Source: the human T2T-CHM13v2.0 reference genome, Homo sapiens
Assembly: GCF_009914755.1 (NCBI RefSeq)
Contig: NC_060926.1
DNA: 64,000 bases
Strand: one strand, 5' to 3'
Shown here: one piece after another, positions 51,010 to 64,000 of the stretch
How positions within the stretch are numbered: the first letter of the stretch is position 1
Layout of the letters: each line of letters opens with the position of its first letter
Position numbers and translations under genes: made by a program
Notes under the pieces: model-generated
The model's database searches: none
The model's input: only the letters and a program-made list of their open reading frames with translations
Told to the model about the DNA's origin: nothing

Positions 51010-51930
51010 GAGCGTGCTTTGACCCTGGGACAGCGCACGGGAGGAAGGCCCCGCACAGTCTGGCTGCCTGGGGGTCTTGTCGCCTGGGGGCGGCGGAGAG
51101 CGCCAAGGCAGCCAAAAGAAGCTTGTGTCGTGGAGCAGCGGCGGGCACGGGGGACACTGGGGGGAGCAGCGGCGGGCATCTGGAGGCATCGGGGGACAGC
51201 GGGGGACATTGAGGGGCAGTGAGGGCGGCCGAGTTGTCGGCGGTGGGCGGCGCCGGGGGAGCCGCGCTCGGGGACAGCTGGCGGCTCAACGGCAGCATCG
51301 GCAGCATCGAGAAAGGTGACGAGTTCTGCAAATAACAGCTGCGGAGCAATCGTTATGTTTGGACAACGTGGGAAGGGCCATTGTTCACAAATTGTTCTCT
51401 TCAACAACACCTGCATGCACAGATAATAATCCATTGTCGGTCTCCGGCTTCAAAGACAAAAGGCAGCCGCGGAGGGAGGAGTCAGCAGAGCCTGGAGATA
51501 ACAGGACCACTTTGCAACCGGGGAGAGTGCAAACGAGGACTCCAAGTCGCGTCCCGGGTCTGCCGCGACGGTCGCTCACCGCAGGGGTCTCCTTCCTCTT
51601 CTGGCAGCGAGTGCGACCTCTTTTATCCTAGCAGGCCACCACCTTCGCGGCAACAAACATCATTTCCTATGCAGTTGCAAAGCATGCTCCCTTGCAATCA
51701 GCGATCAATACTGGCAAAGTGGCTCCAGGATAGGAAAGGTCGCACGTGTGTTGGTAAATGGAAAGGTTTATGAGGCGCAGGTGGTCGTGCTCCGCGGAGA
51801 TTGTGGTATTAGCATGTCAAAGACAAAACGGAACCAAGGTATACAGGCACAGAGTCTCTTCCTGGGGCTCCGGGAAAGCTTGGCACGACCCTCTTGAGCC
51901 TTCAGTTTAAAATGAAACGCTGGCGCCAGA
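51010..51930. promoter_or_regulatory. Orphan CpG island / candidate enhancer or lncRNA promoter
   Basis: Sharp local rise in GC and undepleted CpG in unique sequence; dense SOX, GATA, E-box, ETS and RUNX motifs. Confidence 0.75.
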
Positions 51931-52273
51931 TGTGGCCACCACATTGCTGATAAGTCCAGTACCTTCCGTTTGTGCAAAGCTTTGTGATTTAAGGTTAAGT
52001 AGTTTTGCTTACTTCTCTCATTTGAGCCTTATAAAGACAGTGTGAAGTCTGTAGTGAGTAAAAGCCCTATTTTAACAGAAAAGGAACCAAGGGACCAAGT
52101 TGGAACTTGAATCTGGGGTCTACTGATGTTCCATTCACTACACTGCTTGGTATAACTGCATATCAGGTTATTTGGATTTTATTTTATTTTTTTCTTTTTC
52201 AGCCTTTATTCAGTAACTACTACCAGATTAGGTAATAGGCACATAGAGACATGAGACATACATTCCCTACCTT

Positions 52274-52442
52274 GCTATGCTGTTCAACATAGTAGCACGT
52301 GGTAATTTAAATTTAATGAAAAGTCAATAAAATTTAAAATTAACTTTCTCAGTACAACTAGCCATATTTAAAGTGCTCAGAAGCCATATGTGCCTAGTGG
52401 CTGCTGTATTGGGCAGGGCAGAAAGTTCTACCGGGCAGCACT
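52274..52442. mobile_element. MER3/MER33-like hAT MITE
   Basis: ctagccatatttaaagtgctca..agccatatgtgcctagtggctgctgtattgg. Confidence 0.7.
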
Positions 52443-52577
52443 GTGTCTACAGGCTAACAATCTAATGAAGATTAAAGACAGTCTCACTTCTTTTCTGTCC
52501 TATTTGCTACTTCCTTGCAGTTCATTCGTTCCTTGGTACATGTGTGCCTCTTGCTTTCTAAAAGACACCCTGAGCAG

Positions 52578-53733
52578 TTTCCAGCTTTATTGAGGTCAAA
52601 TGTGCATGCAATGGATGCATCCATTCTCATGCACAAGTCAATGAGTTTTGACTCTTGAACAATTGTGTGAACACCACCATAATCAAGACACAGGACATTT
52701 ATATTTTAGCAAAATATTCCCTGTGTCCTTTCCCACTCATTCTGTTACCGGAAAGGGGTCCCGATCCAGACCCCAAGAGAGGGTTCTTGGATCTCGCACA
52801 AGGAAGAATTCAGGGCAGGTCTGTAAAGTGAAAGCAAGTTTATTAAGAAAGTAAAAGAATAAAAGAATGGCTACTCCATGGCTCTAGACAGAGCAGCCCC
52901 GAGGGCTGCTGATTGCCCATTTTTATCGTTATTTCTTGATTATATGCTAAACAAGGGGTGGATTATTCAGGCCTCCCCTTTATAGACCATATAGGGTAAC
53001 TTCTGACGTTGCCGTGGCATTTGTAAACTTATGGCACAGGTAGGAGTGTAGCAGTGTGGACTCCCAGAGGTCACTCTCCTAGTCATCTCGGTTTTGGTGG
53101 GTTTTGGCCAGTTTCTTTACTGCAACCTGTTTTATTAGCAAGCTCTTTATGACCTGTATCTTGTGCCGATATCCTGTCTTATTCTGTGACCTAGAATGCT
53201 TTAACCATCTGGGAATGCAGCCCAGCAGGTCTCATCCTCATTTTTACCCAGCCTTTATTCAAGATGGAGTTGCTCTGGTTCAAATACCTCTGACAATTCC
53301 TCCCCCCAACTGTTGTTCAGGCAAGACTGCCCTATTTTCTGTCATTATATATTAAATTTTAGTTTCTAGAATTTTAAATAAATGGAATTATGTAATATTT
53401 ATTCTTTTATCTGGCTTCTTTCCCTCAGCATAATGTTTTTGAGATTCATCCATGTTGTTGCATGTATCAGGAGTACCTTTTTATTGCTGAGTAATATTCT
53501 TTTGTATGGATATATCACAATTTGTTTATTCACTCACCTGTTGATAGACATTGGGGTCGTTTCCAGTTTTGGCTATTATGAATAAAGTTGTTATGAACAT
53601 TTACATGCCAGCTTTGTGAGGACATGTTTCCATTTCCTAAAAGTGGAATTGCTGGGTCATATGGTAAATATACGTTTACCTTCATAAGAAACTGCTAAAC
53701 TGTTTCCAAAATGACTATGACATTTTGCATCCT
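52578..53733 (-). mobile_element. L1MC/L1MB-like 3' fragment interrupted by MER41
   Basis: Antisense L1M 3'UTR text on both sides of the LTR. Confidence 0.75.
52743..53295 (-). mobile_element. MER41 (MER41A-like) ERV1 solo LTR
   Basis: tgttaccggaaaggggtcccgatccagacccc...cctctgaca; TG..CA ends; 4-bp TSD attc. Confidence 0.9.
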
Positions 53734-53997
53734 GTTTGGCAAAGCTGCAGGATACAAGGTCAACATATAAAAATCAATTCTATTTCTATATGATAGCTAT
53801 GAACTGTCTATTTCAGAAATAGAATTTTTAAAAGCACCATTTATAGAAGCATAAAAATATGCAATAGGGTGAAATTTAGCAAAATATGTGTATGCTCTGA
53901 ACACTGAAAACGACAAAATACTACTGAGAAAAATTTTAGAAGACCTAAATAAATGGAGAGAAATATACTGTGCTCACAAATTGGAAAGTTGATCTTC

Positions 53998-54595
<598 letters not shown>

Positions 54596-55287
54596 CTTGA
54601 TCTTCTTAAGATGTCATTTCTCTTCAGATGTTTTTTTGTGTGTGTGTGAAACTGACAAACTGATTCTAAAGTTTGCATGGAAATCCAAAGGCTCTAAAAT
54701 AGTCAAAAAAAAAAAAAAGATAGAAAAGAACAAAGTTGGGAGATTTACAGGACTGAATCTGAAGACAGAAAGCTATGATAATAAAAATGGTATGGTTCTG
54801 ATACAAAGAGATTCTAGACAGAAGGTATTGGAGGAGAGCTGGAGGAGGAAAAGATTTAGTTCTATGAGAGAGAATAAAAATAGCAGCTTTGGGCTGGGGA
54901 TTTGTGGGGAGAACAGAAAGGCGTAATGGAGATTTTTACTAATTTGCTTGCTGTCTCTGGTATGTGATACAATTCTTCCTCTGGTGACAACCGTAAATCT
55001 TCAGTAAAGTTCTTAAGGTCAGAGGATGCTTAGGTTAAGTAAAATTTCCATAGAAATCCACGGAAGGTAGAACCAAGATGGTAGACTCAGATGAAGGAAG
55101 GGGGATTGAGGGGCAGGGAATATCAAGAGGACATAATAAGATCCAGAAGTATAAATACCATAGTAAGTAAGTGTCTGAAGTAAGATGAGCCATTTTATAA
55201 AAGCATGGGGAGGCTTTTGAATTTTCCAACCTGTAGAAGGAGAGTTAATACCATAGTCAGCCAGGTTCCCTATGTCTAGGTAAAGAC

Positions 55288-55587
55288 TTTTTTTTTCTTT
55301 TCTTTTTTGAGACAGAGACTCGCTCTGTCATCCAGGCTAAAGTGCAGTGGCATGATCTCGGTTCACTGCAACCTCCATCTCCCAGGTTCAAGTTTCTCCT
55401 GCTTCAGCTACCTGAGTAGCTGGAATTACAGGTGCCTGCCACCATGCCCCGCTAATTTTTGTATTTTTAGTAGAGACGGGGTTTCACCATGTTGGCCAGT
55501 CTGGTCTTGAACTCCTGACCTCAATTGATCTGCTTGCCTCGGCCTCCCAAAGTGCTGGGATTACAGGGGTGAGCCACCGCGCCCGGC
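55288..55587 (-). mobile_element. AluS
   Basis: Antisense dimer. Confidence 0.92.
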
Positions 55588-57849
55588 CAGACCTGTTCTT
55601 ATGTGAAGAAGAATTTCTGAATCCAGGGCTGGTATCTTACAACTCTAGGGGTACCATTTTCAGGTTCTCTGAATTCCAGTGAAAGCTGGTCCCCAGAGAT
55701 GTGCAGCCCATCTCAGCAGCCCACGTTGACTGAGTCTGAGAACGAGCATTTTACAAAAGGTTATGGAGTGTGAAGTTTATAGTACAATCTTCAGAATTAC
55801 ATATTGTCTTTTTTATGTTCCTCAGCTGTGTCCCTAAAATACGTTCCTTACTTTCCAAACTTCTCAAAGACCCACTAGGAAGGACAGGGAAGGGACGCAG
55901 TGCGGCCACATTATAAAATGGGGCTCACAAAAGGAATTATCTTTTTTACCTTCCATCTTCTCCAATTTGAGGAGTCAGAAAAAGGAAGGAGCTCTCTTAT
56001 TGACACAGCCTGGATTAAACTGCATGTCTAGTTCTATTGTACGTAGGTTTCAATTTCATATTTCAAACCACTTACGAAGTGTTCTCCATCTGGACATTCC
56101 AAATAACGAGGTATGTCCAATGCAGAAAGTAAAGCACTTTTACTGCTTTTCAATATTCAGCATTCTTTTCTCTTTCTATAGTGTCGGTACCCTGATTTCC
56201 CTCTGGAGAATCACCCTCACCCTCACTCATGGTGGAGCTGGCTCTTCTTCCAGTACTGAAGTAGCTCACTGCCACTTGGCCCAAGGACAACAGGTATCAT
56301 ATTCCCTGGCTTTTCTGACTGGTTCCCAGGTGGGCACATGACCTAAGCTGGGCCAATCAGAGCTTATCTCATAACTCTGTGGAAAAGACTTCCGGGAAAG
56401 CCACGCTAAAGTGAGAAGCATCGTCAATAACACCTTTCTCCCCCTTTAAGTTAGTTTAGGTCCAGTTTTGTATTACTTCAAAACAAAACAACTCTAGCTG
56501 AAACACTGAATTTTTTAGCTCCTCCTCTAAACCCATCCCAGCTCCCTGTATTTGTTGTTAAAGTGGCATGACTATTGTTTCGGTCTTAGGATGTTAACTG
56601 CCAAAACAAATGACTCAAAAGTGAGCGGCTTACCACAGTAAGCCATGGAAAACTTCAGTGGTGTTCCTGTTTTGTGGGCAGGCTTCCATGTAATCATTCG
56701 GGGACCCAGGCTCCTTCAAGTCTTGTGGATATGGCCTCCTCTTCAGCCTCAGCAACCTCTTCCATCAGGAGAATGGGGAAGGAGAGCAGAGAAGCATGTG
56801 TGGGAGGGTGTCATGGACCAGGCCTGGATGGGGAGCATATTACTTCTGTTCACAGTCTTTGCTCAGAACTCAATTATACTGTACATCCAACCTCATGGGA
56901 GGCTGGAAGAAGCATCCTTGCTGTGGGCCCAGGAGGGAGCAGGAACTACAGCTGCGAGATATGTGTAGTCATTGTTATTTGTTCCCCTACTTGAGTTACT
57001 GTATTCAGCCAGCCACCAAGTCCTGTTAGTTTTTACTTAGCAATGTCTCTGTCATCTTTCCTTTCTCCCCTCTTCTCTCTGTCACTTCCTGAATCCAGCC
57101 CAACACTTTCTCTCCTCTGTTTCATCCCATTCTGCATTCCCCTCTGCCAGATTCCTCAAGGGCAGCTGCTGCATTTTCCAGCTTTGTATTCTCAGTTGCT
57201 TGCGGGCATCTCATAAGCATCAAGAAATATTTGCGCTGTGAAAACCTGACAGACTCATCTTCCTTAAACACCAATTTCAGCATGTCATTCCCTTGCTGAG
57301 AAATCTTCAGGAGATCTTGTATGTGTCCATCAACCCCATATTTGTCTGCCTGTCTTTAAGGATGTAGGCCCTTCTTTCCGTCGTACTCTACAACCTTCTC
57401 CTCTGCACCCCGGGCCCAACTCCAAACCAAGTGGGTCCTGGCTTCTGGGAGCCTGAACACATCACTATGCCTCTCCTGAAATACTCTCATTTTCCTCCTC
57501 CCTCTGTCATTCCAAAAATCATCTTCTCTCGAGGCCTGCCCAAGCCTTGCCTCCTCCACGAAGCTTTCCCTTTATGTTCCTGCTTTCCCTGACAGCCCCT
57601 CCTCTGAACTCTGGCAGCCGGTATTGTTGGTAACCAGGATACTCTGTCTTGGCTTGGAGAGAGCCCTGAATGCAAATGATGTGCCCTGTTGTTAGACTCT
57701 TTGGACTCAGATGCCTCACATGAAAAAGAGACCAAGAAGGAGCTGCCTTGATTGCAGGGATGTGGGCAGAGATTAGTCCTTTAGTACCACACCTCCTGCT
57801 CCAGTATCTTCTTGCAGCCCTCTGAAGAGTAGAGTTTAAAAACTATTGA

Positions 57850-57985
57850 TTAAATCCAATCCTTTCATTTTACAGATGAAGAAACTGAGGTATCCAGAGA
57901 GGCAAACTTGCCTAAGATCCTGGTTGGTTAGTGTCAGAATCAGAACCTACACCTCCTGACTCTTAGTGCTGGTCTTCTTTCCTAC
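57850..57985 (-). mobile_element. MIR
   Basis: cattttacagatgaagaaactgagg core. Confidence 0.7.
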
Positions 57986-58954
57986 CAGCTGCCTCCTCTA
58001 TATTCTAGCTTGCTTTTGGTCTCTGGGACACTGTGTAAGAGATAATAAACACTATAGGGCATAACTTCCCTGGTAGCCGTATCCATGGCTGAAATTTACA
58101 TGATAGTGAATACCTCATTCATACTTGTTGATTTGAATTCAACTTCATAACAGAGGGTTTGAAATCTAGTGAAGTTAGCCAAGATCTGTGACTAAAACTA
58201 TGAACTCATTTTATATACATATAGACAAAGATTAGAAGGGAACACAGAAAAAAACTAATTAGATATCTGGCAGGACCCCAGGTGAGTTTCTTTTATTTGT
58301 GCCAGATGTAAGGTGACAATGTAATGAAATTAACTGGAGTCCAAATATTCTCTATGCTTTTAGTGCAACTGAATATTTTTTTCTTTTGCTCTGATTTCAG
58401 AGTTTACTGATTCCAGTATTCTATCTTCTTTGAAGTTTCCCTCTAATCTTTCTTTTTTCCATTCAAAATGTCCTCAGGCATTTGACAGTCTAATTCATAC
58501 CAGAAATTTATGATTAATAATATCAGTAAAATGAAACTTGTAATTATTTACACCATAATTTTAAACATGGTGAAGCATTTGCAAAAGCAAGGACTTTGCC
58601 TGAAGTGTTTTGATGTGCAGACTCCACATCGATATGCAACATGAATAAATCCCTTTAGATAAGATGACTGTTGGATCTCAAAGGTAGAAAATTCTTCAGT
58701 TATGTCCAGTAATAATAGAAATCAATTTTTCAAAGAGAGAACATCCCCCAAAGGACAGAGAACAAAGGCAAGAAGGAGGCTGCTTTGAAAACTGGCTTGA
58801 AAGAGATATGGGGTAGGCATGGCATGTGTCTGAGAACAGGCCATGCTCAAGCCAAGGGATATGAAGATGCTGGCATCTCAGAGCTGACAACTTTGGAAAG
58901 AGAAGATTCCATGCTTTTTCTTCACTAGAATCTGGGACAAGGAACTGGAGCTGA

Positions 58955-59167
<213 letters not shown>

Positions 59168-59659
59168 TAAGAGGCAAGTTTGAAGAGCTATTATAAGGAA
59201 AATTCGCCAGATCACATTCTGGTACCAAAGGGGCAGGGGTGGGAAATACTACTTTCAAATACTTTAAATCACAAGGAAACTGAAAAGTCATCTACAAGTA
59301 CTTCTTATGGTCCTTGTTTAGAATCTTGTTGCAGAGACCTTGCTGGATGGGAGCCAAGGCTGCATTGGGAGGTTGGGCAGTTTGTGTACTGCACAGAGGC
59401 CCAGGCTGAGGTAGTGAGTACAAAGTGAAATCCAGCCTGGTTCCACCTACTGGGCTCTGCACTGGCATGAGGCTGTCTCAGCTCAAAGGAAGGGCAATTT
59501 CTTTTCAATTTATTCAAAGTTGTTTTGCTAAGCCAAGTACCCACAGGGTGTACTCTTTTTAAATTTGTGCAAAGGCACTGAGTAAACTCATAGTAGCCCA
59601 GAAAAGGGAAGGGGAAGCAGAAAAACATCCCCAAGCTAATGAAAGGCCAGAGGTGAACA

Positions 59660-59795
59660 TTTTTTTTTTTATTTTTTTAGAGGTGGGATCTCACTGTATT
59701 GCCTAGGCTGGTCTTGAACTCCTGGCCTCAAGTGATTTTTCCCACCTCAGCCTCCCAAATAGTTGGTATCACAGGTGTGAGCCAGTGTGCCCAGC
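59660..59795 (-). mobile_element. FLAM-C-like monomer
   Basis: Left arm only; TSD cagaggt(g/a)aacattt. Confidence 0.85.
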
Positions 59796-61732
59796 TCTCA
59801 GAGGTAAACATTTGACCTAAGCTCAATCAAGCCATTAGCTGACTATGACCTATATAGCCTGCTCAAAAAGTTTAGCTGGGTCTATCACGTGTTACTTGGG
59901 AATCTGAAGTCCAAAACATGGTAAGAAGTTACCAGTTGGAGCAGGGGAAAAAGGTGAAAAGATGCTAGGTGATAGTTCCAGGAACCTAGCCTGCTAAATT
60001 ATGGATAAATTGCTGAAGTTAAAAGCCTGCAAAGCTATGAGTGAGCAGGGGAGGCCAGCTCATAGACATGGAGAAAGCAGCAGAAACATGGAGGGGAACA
60101 GCTCTATTTAGTGGCGGGGACCAAACAGAGGGAAGCTTGAGACTTTCTGCTGCTAATGACTCTAAGGGCACCTCAGATACAGAACATGCTGAAGCTCTAG
60201 TTCCCATGAGGATTGGCTGTGCTGTGATTCAGTTGCCAGATCCTGTGACATCCCTGTATTCTTCCTTACTACTTATTTATTCTTAGAGCAACTCTGCCCC
60301 TTCCTCCCTTCACCCCCTGCCCCAACTATCAAGTTCAGTGGCTCTCTGTTCTTTCTACCCCAACAATGTGACCCATAGTAGGGGTCTGAATAGTACTCCT
60401 TGAACTGGTAAAATCTGTAAACATCATAGGAATTTTTTTTAAAAGGGAAAGAACAATGTAATTTGCTGTGGTCAAGTAAGGCTTCATAGAAGAACTAGAA
60501 CTTTAAGTCAGGGGAAGGGAAGAGGGAGATGTTCCAGGCCTGAGATCGAGCACACTAAATTATCCTGGGTCATGCCAAGGAAAAGGCTGGTTAGACAGCA
60601 GTAATTTGAGATTGCTTGGGAATGCTGAAAGCCTGAGAGTCCTCTCTTGATTCTTCTGGCTGCCAACAACAACCCCCCTCCCATCTCCCCAAGTCATCAT
60701 TTGGATTAGTCTGACCCCCAAACTCGGAAAAGACAAAGAATGACTACTAAAGAAATCTCACTATGTCATGGAAGATGGAAAGGTAAAATTGTGCTGTAAT
60801 AATCCTGCAGACAGAATAAGTGTTGTAGTGGATTATTATGTTGTCTAAAAACAGTCTTTGTGAATAGTGAATGACATTTGTGAAATTTTCGGCTATTTAC
60901 TTTGCAGTGCTTCCATTTCCATTCTATTTGGAGTGATGGTTTCTCTTTTCCGACACCTCCCCTCTTCCTTCAACTTGGCAGTGTGAGATAACCTGACAGG
61001 GTGTATTGAGGAATCCTTTCAAGGTACAGCCACTCAAAGTTCTCCAGAATTCTGGAAAATTCCACTTCTTCAGTTGCATATGAGTGTGCATGTGACAGGA
61101 ACAGAGAGAGAGAGAATGAGACTGAGAGCTAGAAAGACAGAACATCACTGGCCAGCTGCCATGGAGAGAAACATTTGTGAAGAGGCATTTGTGAAGAAAC
61201 AGCCCAAGGGTTGGGGAAATACTTGAGGATAGAGCAAAACCCTTTAATGTGCTTCAGTTTTGCAGAGCAAACCTCAGTGTGCTGGTGCAGCCATCTAAAA
61301 CCTCAACTTTCATAGCATCTTAATTTTTAATATTTCATGCCAAAAAATAGGTCATATACCCTTGGTGCAACATTTAATATTTCTATGTGTTCATCATGAA
61401 TATTAAATGGCTTTTTCACTCCTATGTCCCAGCCCGTCAGGATCTTTCTTTGGAGACAACTTTTCTTTTTTTTTTTTTTTTTTCACTTAACTTCCAAAGA
61501 TGGTTCGTGTATCAACCAGCGTGTGTGTCCTTTTTCTTCTCCTTTTAAATGCAAATGACAGCATGCTGTGTACATCATTTTATACTGACATTTTTGTTTT
61601 TACTACTTTATATGTATCTTGGAGATAAGTCCAGGATTTATAGTTTTTTGTTTTGTTTGGTTTTGTTTAACAACTACCTGGTGTTCCATTCTGTGAATGT
61701 GCCATCGTTTGTTTAACTTGTTTCTGTTGGGA

Positions 61733-61982
61733 GTTATGGACTGAAGTGTGTACTTCCCAAAATTCATATGTTGAAGTTCTTACCACTAGTTCTTCAGAAT
61801 AAGACTGTATTTGAAGATAGGTCTTTAAAGAGGTAACTAAGGTTAAATTAGGTCATTGAGTGGCCCCTAGTCCAGTATGACTGGTGTCCTTTTAGGAAGA
61901 GGAGATTAGCACACAGGCATACACAGAGGAAAGACCATGGGAAGACACAGGAAGATGCTGATCTATAAGCCGAGAAGAGATG
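61733..61982 (+). mobile_element. MLT1B-like LTR fragment
   Basis: gttatggactgaa...caaaattcatatgttgaag...tccagtatgactggtgtcct. Confidence 0.8.
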
Positions 61983-62877
61983 TCTGCATATTAATGGAAG
62001 GCTGTGCCTGAGTCCACAAGAAGACTGGCTGATCCCAGATTCAGAGCATTGTTGAGTTTGCCTTGACTGAAGTTTCATTGCAAAAATATTGTAGGTGTAC
62101 CTAGAGACATCATCCACCTTTACAGGAACAGAGTATATGACTGATTCTGTGCAGTTTGCAAAGAATGTTGTGTGTCTGAGAGTTGCTTTTGTAGAAACAT
62201 AACACTGTTTGTGCAGGTTATTGTGGGAAGAGACAGAAAACTCCCACCCACCTTTGAGAATGGCAGGCCACTGATACCCAGAACACATGTTGAATGGCAG
62301 GTTGCCTTTGATCATTTTGGATCTCTCTCCTGAAATTGCACAGCATGTGGCAGAATTGGAAAGGGAAACACAGCCTGCTGGACTTCAAAGTGTGTGTTCT
62401 CAGCCACCTCATTTTACTGCTTGGTGATAAAAATAACCTAGGATACTTCTGATTATTCAGTCCAGAGCACTGTCATGTAAAATGACAAAAAAAAAAAAAA
62501 AAGTATTATAAAAGATTGCTAGTTTCCCTAAGATAGGAGTTTTTCTATCCAGGCATCAAGGATCCCAAGAATCCTTGAAAATTGCATATAACATTTGGGT
62601 TTATGTAAATATCTGGAGTTGTTTTTTCATGATCAGAGCCCCTAACTTCCCACAGAATTGTAAAAGGGTCCATCTGTGCCTATTGCCTAGAAATGTTTAC
62701 TGCTGTTTCAGAAAACCAACTGTAGATCCTCCCTTTTCCCTCCTAGGCCATTTTCCAAGACATCAACATGTAAGTTTTATTTAAAAATTTATTTAGAGGT
62801 AAGTGGAAACTGTCATTGTTCTCATTTTGCTCTACAAGGAATGGAAGTGTAAAGAGGTTAAGGTGATTCAGCACCAG

Positions 62878-63263
62878 TGTGTTGGTCCGTTTGCATTGCT
62901 ATAGAGGAATACTGGACTCTGGGTGATTTATAAAGAAAAGTGGTTTATTTGGCTCACAGTTCTGAGGGCTGTACAAACAAGGCACCAGCATTTGTTTGGC
63001 TTCTGGTGAGGCACAGGGAGCTCTTAGTCATGGTGGAAGGGAAGGGGAACGGCATGTCACATGGTAAGAAAGGAAGTGAGAGAGGGAGGGAGGAGGTGCT
63101 AGTCTCTTTTAAACAACCAATCTCATTACAGCAGGGAGGGCACCGAGTGCCTATGAAGGATCTGCCTCCATGACCCAAACACCTCCCACCAGGCCCCACC
63201 TCCAACATTGCGGATTACATATCAGCATGAGATTTGCAGGGGACAGAGATCTAAAATGTATCA
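62878..63263 (-). mobile_element. MST MaLR solo LTR
   Basis: tgtgttggtccgtttgcattgctatag...cacctcccaccaggccccacctccaaca...tca; TSD ac(c/t)ag. Confidence 0.88.
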
Positions 63264-64000
63264 ACTAGGAATCCTGGTGCATGGTCCTGCCTCTGAAACT
63301 GCTCTTTGCCCAGGGTCTGTCATCTCTACTTGTAAACTATTGGTTACATTTTCTGGCCAGGCTTCCAACTCTTCCTAAAAGTGCCTCCCATTTTTCTGCC
63401 TTTGTGCTTTCTGCTCATGCCATTTGCTTTTGGGAGCTTTTCAATTCTACCCACCCTGCGAGGCCCAGCCAGGGCTGACGTCCTCTGAGCAGCTTCTGTA
63501 ACTACTCCAGTGGAAAGTGTTCTTCTCTTCCTCCATATTAGGATGGTACCTAACTCTATATGAGCTGTCACAGCATGAACCTTGAGTCATTTCTCACATT
63601 CTTTTCTTAAGCCATCACCTGTACCTTGTGTTTGTAGCCTGCGATTGCCAGGCCACAGCCATCAGGGCTTTTGTGGAAAGGGGACAATGAGTATCATATT
63701 TCTTAGGCTCCTGCTGAGGCAGGTCCCTCTACCTCCCTTGAGGTCACCCTTGTTTCCGAGAGTCCCTGGGGTGGCTCGTGTGTGGCCTGCGCAGGGTCCC
63801 CTTCCTTCTGCCCTGACTCTGGCTGGTGGTGGGGGCTCCTCCTGAGGCCCCCCTGCTCCCAGAGCTCTGGGAACTTGCTGCCCAGATGGCTGTCCAAGCC
63901 CAGTTGCACCAGGGCCACACTGAGCTGAGGCCGCTTTGCCTGTTCTACTCACGCTGCAGCAGTCCCTCGGCAGGCTGACCCAAGTTGGCCTCTCAGCTGG

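Noticed and set aside
50862-51773. Overlapping ORFs on both strands in the CpG island
   Set aside because: Expected from stop-codon scarcity in GC-rich DNA; low-complexity peptides with no recognisable homology.
61985-62340. Sequence with a coding-like feel after the MLT1B fragment
   Set aside because: Stops in the frames I read, no recognisable protein, no poly(A) or TSD; a tblastx search would be needed.

Overview
Primate (very probably human) genomic DNA, intergenic or deep intronic, and repeat-rich. I cannot name the locus, and I found no host protein-coding exon, RNA gene or CRISPR array. The only recognisable protein-coding sequence belongs to a full-length L1PA3/PA4-type LINE-1 on the minus strand (~3520-9690). 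It has an intact ORF1, a disrupted ORF2 and a long 5'UTR that retains the ZNF93-bound segment, and it is nested with a TSD in an ancient L1M. The rest is about 25 Alus or monomers, older L1/L2/MIR fragments, MaLR/ERVL and MER41 solo LTRs, hAT DNA-transposon fossils, microsatellites, and one orphan CpG island (~51.0-51.9 kb) with a dense TF-motif cluster. The most unusual structure is a ~178-bp inverted copy of DNA from ~630 bp downstream, inserted inside a truncated Alu (10340-10517 vs 11150-11325). I see no convincing evidence of a new multi-gene biological system. Repeat subfamily calls come from recalled consensus features, and most boundaries are approximate.
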